Assembly: GCA_963693365.1 (NCBI GenBank)
Contig: CAVNZM010000004.1
Span: 6,671,093-6,735,092 of the forward strand
Origin: Amoebidium appalachense
Taxonomy: Eukaryota; Protista; Ichthyosporea
Reading direction: 5' to 3'
DNA: 64,000 bases
The notes under the pieces were generated by a model. The model did not search any database, had not been told where the DNA came from, and saw only the letters and a program-made list of their open reading frames with translations. Each line of letters begins with the position of its first letter. Within the stretch, counting starts at the first letter, position 1. The position numbers and the translations under genes are program-made. Below, piece by piece: positions 58,841 through 64,000 of this stretch.

Positions 58841-61800
58841 GGAAAGAGGGGGTTATACCCGGCCATGGAGATGTGGTCGGTGGTGCACTTGCCCACAGCC
58901 TTGATCAGCACGGGCATGTTCTCGAAGTCCTTGCCGTCCCACTGCAAGTGAACTTGTGACTAACCAGTAACAGGTACAACAGAATGGTAAAGTGCTATAT
59001 GTCAATGCATTAATAAATTTGATGCGTGTGCATATGAGAAAGAGAGAGAGAGAAGGAGAGAGAGAGAGAGGAGAATGAAATCGCGATGGGGAGGGGGATG
59101 TGTATGCAAGTACAACACATACCAAGGCACCCCCCACATATGACGGCCAGGCAAAACCCAGCAACCCCCTCTACACATCCAAAAACCCGATCTCAAGTAG
59201 CCACCCGACATGCACGTGTGTGCGCACATGCAAACACGAGCAAGTACACAATGACAGACCGTGTTGAAGGGGTCGAGCAGCTGCAGGCGCTGGGAGTTGT
59301 CATCGACCACAACCCTCAGGTCGTCACCGTTGGAGGGGGGTGGCTGGTACGTGTCCTCACCTGCACGTGCACGAGAGAGTGGTTAGGCCACCACCATATG
59401 ATCTAGTGTATGCATATGCGAGAGTGGTTAGGCCACCACCATATGATCTAGTGCATGCATATGCCCACGCATGCCCCCATGCCTTATGGTGCGCCATGTG
59501 TCTACCCGACTGTCGTAACAAAAGATAGAAGTACTGCAAAAAGGAAGAATTGACGTGTTGACAAGCAATTCTTAAGAAATAGCGTTCACCTTTCAGCAGG
59601 GTGATCAAGCTGGCTATCCACAAAGCACTGAGCAACAAATGGGTGAAAAAGGTTGTGTTTCTGGGGTGAGGGTATGCACAAGAACCTACCGGCATCGAAG
59701 CCACGCTGGGGCAGCTCATCGGCAAAGGGGGCCTTCAGCTTGAACTTTTCGCCTGTTGTCGTACAGGGTCAGTCATGCGCACAGGAACAACAAGAAATCG
59801 GGCTAGGCATTGGAAAGGCTTACTTGGCTAAAGAGGTGAAATATGGAATTTCCACTGAACATGAAACTGTATTGGGGGCGTTGTGGTGTGGTCTAGGAGG
59901 AGGGGAGGGGGAGGGGGGGGGGGTGTATATGGAACACAGTACGACACTTCATACCTGCTACTCTACACCGGGTAGTGTGATGCTGTGATGCAAAACGGGA
60001 TAGGGATTAGGAGAGCAACCAAGGTCATATGTAGCATTCGAGACTTAGATACACAACGACTATAGTTCATGACAATTTCTGGCATCGGGCCACTGGGGCT
60101 AAGTCGGCCACTGGGGCTGTGTACCGTTGGGGGCAGTCAGGTAGTCGGTCTCCGGGTTGAAGGTCAGGGAGCCGGCAATGGCCATGGCCGTGACCATCTC
60201 GGGGGAGGCAACAAAAGCGTGCGTGGCGGGGTTGCCGTCCTGGCGCTTGGTGAAGTTGCTGCGTGGAGAATACAACAGTCAGCAAGGCACAGAAGAAAAG
60301 CACATGTTAAAAGGTAGATCAAAAAGGGAACAGAACAGAAAAGGAATATCGTTTGGCTGAAAGGGCAGTGCATGCATGTTGTTGTCCGTTCGTGCGCGCT
60401 ACTGTGTAAGTAAATAAGTGCCTAAGCGAGAGTGAGTGAGTGAGTGCGTGCTTTGGCCCCGCAGGTGGGGGGGGGGGAAGATGATGATAAAACATTGGAT
60501 ATGGTGCTTGTTGGGCAACCAGCAGGCACCAGGGCAAGCAAGGCAACGTACCGGTTGAAGGAGGTGATGATGGAGTTCTTGGTGCCCTTGGGGACGTCAC
60601 GGCGATCCCACTGGCCGATGCAGGGGCCACAGGCGTTGGCAAGGACCATGCCGCCAGCCTTCTCGAAGATCTCCTTGATGCCGTCCTGGAAGCATAATAA
60701 ATCTTAGTGAGGGTCTGGATAGGGCACCGTGCAGTGGGGTTGCATGTTGACTACTAAAATGTTTGTGATGAACAGACACAAAGCATGGGCAGGGAGTGTT
60801 GGTGGCATGGCATGGCTGGCAGTTCACGGCTTAATCAGGGCTGGAAGAACAAGAAATAGCTTGTGAAGATCAAGATGAAGGGGGGGGGGGGGGATATATA
60901 CGCGCTCAATGGTGGCACGGATCTGCTCAGAGCCGGGAGACACGTTGTACTTGGACTTCAGCGTCATGCCCCTGTCTGCAAGTGAGATGGGTCAACATCA
61001 TCGAACAAAAAACTAGTCAAACAATGACCCTCATGATCCCACACAGGGTCACCCCTCGGTCACACTCCAGAGTACCCTTCCCATCAAAGCAGCACTCTCA
61101 CCAGAGTACGTCTGCTCACCCTCACAAATCCGATAAACTACGGGGATCCCTACAACGAAGCAACCGATTGTCCCCCAGAGGGGGGGGGGGGGGGGGGGGG
61201 GGGGGTTTTGAATGCGTCAAAAAGTACGAAGTACACAAGAACAAACGGATAACACGATGCAGAATGCAAGCCATACATAAAGAGTATGCATAATAAGCAG
61301 AGCCCATCCTCAGGGGGGGCCCACGTCATCCACAGTACCCGAGTTTCGACCTATTCCCCTCGTTAACGAAACCCAACTCAGATACTGTTTCACTTGAACA
61401 TGAGTAGGTCACCCGTCTTGATCAGAGACGAGCAGGGTTGCTTATGCAGGCAAGGGCAGTGGGAAAGGCCGGGGGTTAAAGTTGCAGCAGTAAGCAGAAG
61501 CAAGAAAAATATAGATAGGAACTCAGGAGACGGGGCTTCTAGGAAGCTCCCCCGTCGATACCTAAGTCGATACTTCCCTGGCTAACATACTACACCAGCT
61601 GAAAAGAATTAAGTCCCGAAGGCCACAGAATTCGTAATCAGAGGGGAAAATATGAGATTTGACCCACGCCGCAGGGTAGTAACACGCTTACTAGGGCGGA
61701 ACTTTATCGGGGGGGTGGGGGGGGGGATCACGTACCCAGAACCTGCTTGATGAGGGAGGCAGCGCGACCCATGTCCTCGTACGACGAGTTGGTGCAAGAG

Positions 61801-62311
61801 CCAATCAGACCGACCTTAAGCTCCTCGGGCCAGCCCTGCACGTGTGCACACCCGTCAGCACAGCACAGAGAAAATGCATACGGGAAACTGCTATAGAAAA
61901 CACCCGTGCACATAAAATCACGGAGAGGACCGGAGATGAAACATTGTGAGAGACGCACCGCTAGTATCGAGAAAAGGAAATTACGCTGTTGTTGCACTGA
62001 CCAATACAGGTGGGGCCAGAACACACAGGCTAGGGATTACCCGCCTCCTTCTTCAGAGTCTCGGCGAACTTGGACAGGGGGTGGGCCAGATCGGGGGTGA
62101 AGGGACCGTTCAGGTGGGGCTCGAGGGTGGACAGGTCGATCTCGACCACCTTGTCGTACTTGCAGCCTGCAATAATTATTAATAACCCAGCCATCAGTCC
62201 ATGCACAGGCTGGCAGAAGCAAGGATATCGTACTTGGCCATGATGTCGAGAGATTGAATCAAGAACCCAAGAACCCAAGAACCCGGGTGGGGATGGGGGT
62301 GGGGGTGGGGT

Positions 62312-62342
<31 letters not shown>

Positions 62343-64000
62343 AGACAATTACAAGGTGGCAAACATGCAAGCAAAAAAATTCCAAAACCAAAAAACAGAG
62401 CTGTGAATGTATGCATTTTTTGTTTGGGGAGGGACGAGGGGGAGGGGGAGGGGGGGGTCGGTACCGGCATCGGGGGTCAGGATGTGCTTGTACTTGTCGG
62501 CAAGGTCGGCAATGTCGCCACGGCCAGTAGCCTTGAGGTAGTCAGCCATGCGGTGGTTGTAGGGGAACACGGAGGTGGTGGCGCCAATCTCGGCACCCAT
62601 GTTGCAGATAGTGGCCATACCAGTGCAGGAGAGAGAGTCGACGCCGGGCCCGTGGTACTCAACAATGGCACCAGTGCCGCCCTTGACTGTCAGAATGCCG
62701 GCAACCTTGAGGATAACGTCTGTAAAAGCACCGCCAGTCAATGTGGGTCCATGCACGGTGAAACAGGTACATAAGTGCACCTTCATGTGCTACAGCATGT
62801 GAACTGTGAAGGAAGGTGATGGGGTCCACGAATCAATGCCCGTACCGACCTCCCCCTTTCTTTTCTTCCCAAAAACAAACATACTTGAGTTAGAGAGGAA
62901 AGGTGTGTGTATGTGTGTGAGGATTGAGGCGGGGGTTTTGAATGCGGAACACGGTACAAAGTACGCATACACGACGAGAAGCATGGTGCAGGACACATGC
63001 AAAGGCAAACATTCAAGTATGCAACATCAGCCATGTGCACAGTATGCGTCATAAGCAGAGCCCATCCTCAGGGAGGACCCAAGTCATCAATTGCGTCTGA
63101 GTTTCGACCCCTTAGCCCGCGTATATACGACACTCCAACTCAGACAGCAGCATCAACTGAGCTTGGGCGGGTCAACCCGTCTTGATCAAAGACGAGCAGG
63201 GTTGCTTATGCAAGCAAGGTGAGCAAAACGGTGAAGATGTGTGTGCAAACTAATGCAGTGCAGCGAAAAATGTGTATGTGCTTACAGATGCACGACACAG
63301 AGCAACCATGCCCGGTTGCATGGAAGTAAAGCGGTCTCCACACAGTGGTCTGTCCTGAAAGGACACCTCTGAAAGAAGACTGGGGGGGTTTTGAATGCGG
63401 AACACGGTACAAAGTACGCATACACGACGAGAAGCATGGTGCAGGACACATGCAAAGGCAAACATTCAAGTATGCAACATCAGCCATGTGCACAGTATGC
63501 GTCATAAGCAGAGCCCATCCTCAGGGGGGGGGGGGGGGGGGCAAATGATACCCTTAGGGGAAGTCCATGGGCTGAGCTTGCCAGTGAGCTTGACACCGAT
63601 GACCTTGGGGGCCTTGAGCTCCCAGGGGATGCCGGCCATCACATCAACGGCATCGGCACCACCAACACCGATGCACACACCACCAAGACCACCTGCAGGT
63701 ATTGCAACATGTCAGTACACAAAGCATCATGTGTTCGAGTGCATGTACAGGATTGGGTCATCATCCAAGATGCAAGCACACAATGAAACTGCCTGTCTAA
63801 AGCGCTCACGAACTGCCACACCTTGGAGCCATTGCCTGCCTTCAGGTTCCCCTAGATAATCAGGAAGAAGGGGACGGAGAGGGGGGGGGGGGGGGGAGGG
63901 GGGAGAGGGAGTATGCTCTACGGGACGGGAAGGGAGGCATTGACGTTGGGTGGGTGTGCTTCGAAGGGGAGGGGGGGGGGGGGGGGCATACCGCCGTTGG
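57155..64000 (-). CDS. ACO2: Mitochondrial aconitate hydratase, 3' part (>=14 exons; 5' end beyond the window)
   Basis: Exon peptides [141 protein letters not shown]...WFKAGSALN. Confidence 0.98.
61205..61360 (-). repeat. Diverged copy of the dispersed CTGAGGA/GAAAC repeat in an aconitase intron
   Basis: Reverse strand reads ...AGGTCGAAACTCGGGTA...CCCCCTGAGGATGGGCTCTGCTTATTATGCATAC...GCATTCAAAACCCC. Confidence 0.7.
62930..63525 (-). mobile_element. Second full copy of the direct-repeat non-autonomous element (~450-bp period) in an aconitase intron
   Basis: Reverse complement of 42430-42990, with two copies of the terminal unit (~62933-63073 and ~63385-63525). Confidence 0.8.

Overview
Eukaryotic, intron-rich DNA full of poly-C/G, (CA)n and (CT)n tracts. 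A PHTF homologue plus this intron style suggests a unicellular holozoan such as an ichthyosporean (inference only). Left third (1-22.6 kb) reads as a nested mobile/heterochromatic block. (i) A putative >=17.5-kb DNA transposon holds the 5' part of a Sola/DUF7869-like transposase gene on the minus strand. (ii) Divergent from it is a 15-exon gene (2573-16659, +) that I spliced by hand into one open ~1342-aa frame. It encodes a ParB/Srx-like domain and a bacterial/phage-type beta-class N4-cytosine/N6-adenine DNA methyltransferase domain with a variant DPPA catalytic motif. (iii) This block interrupts the integrase of a chromodomain-bearing Ty3/Gypsy element, whose 3' LTR abuts a ~165-bp CpG-rich satellite. 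The rest holds host genes: a class II DnaJ (-), intronless SNRNP27 (+), PHTF (+) with an intronic tRNA-Ala(UGC), a broken SLC38-like transporter fragment, and the 3' part of mitochondrial aconitase (-). There are also several MITEs and a dispersed repeat carrying a hammerhead-ribozyme-like core. Exon coordinates were read by eye and may be off by a few bases. No database searches were run.
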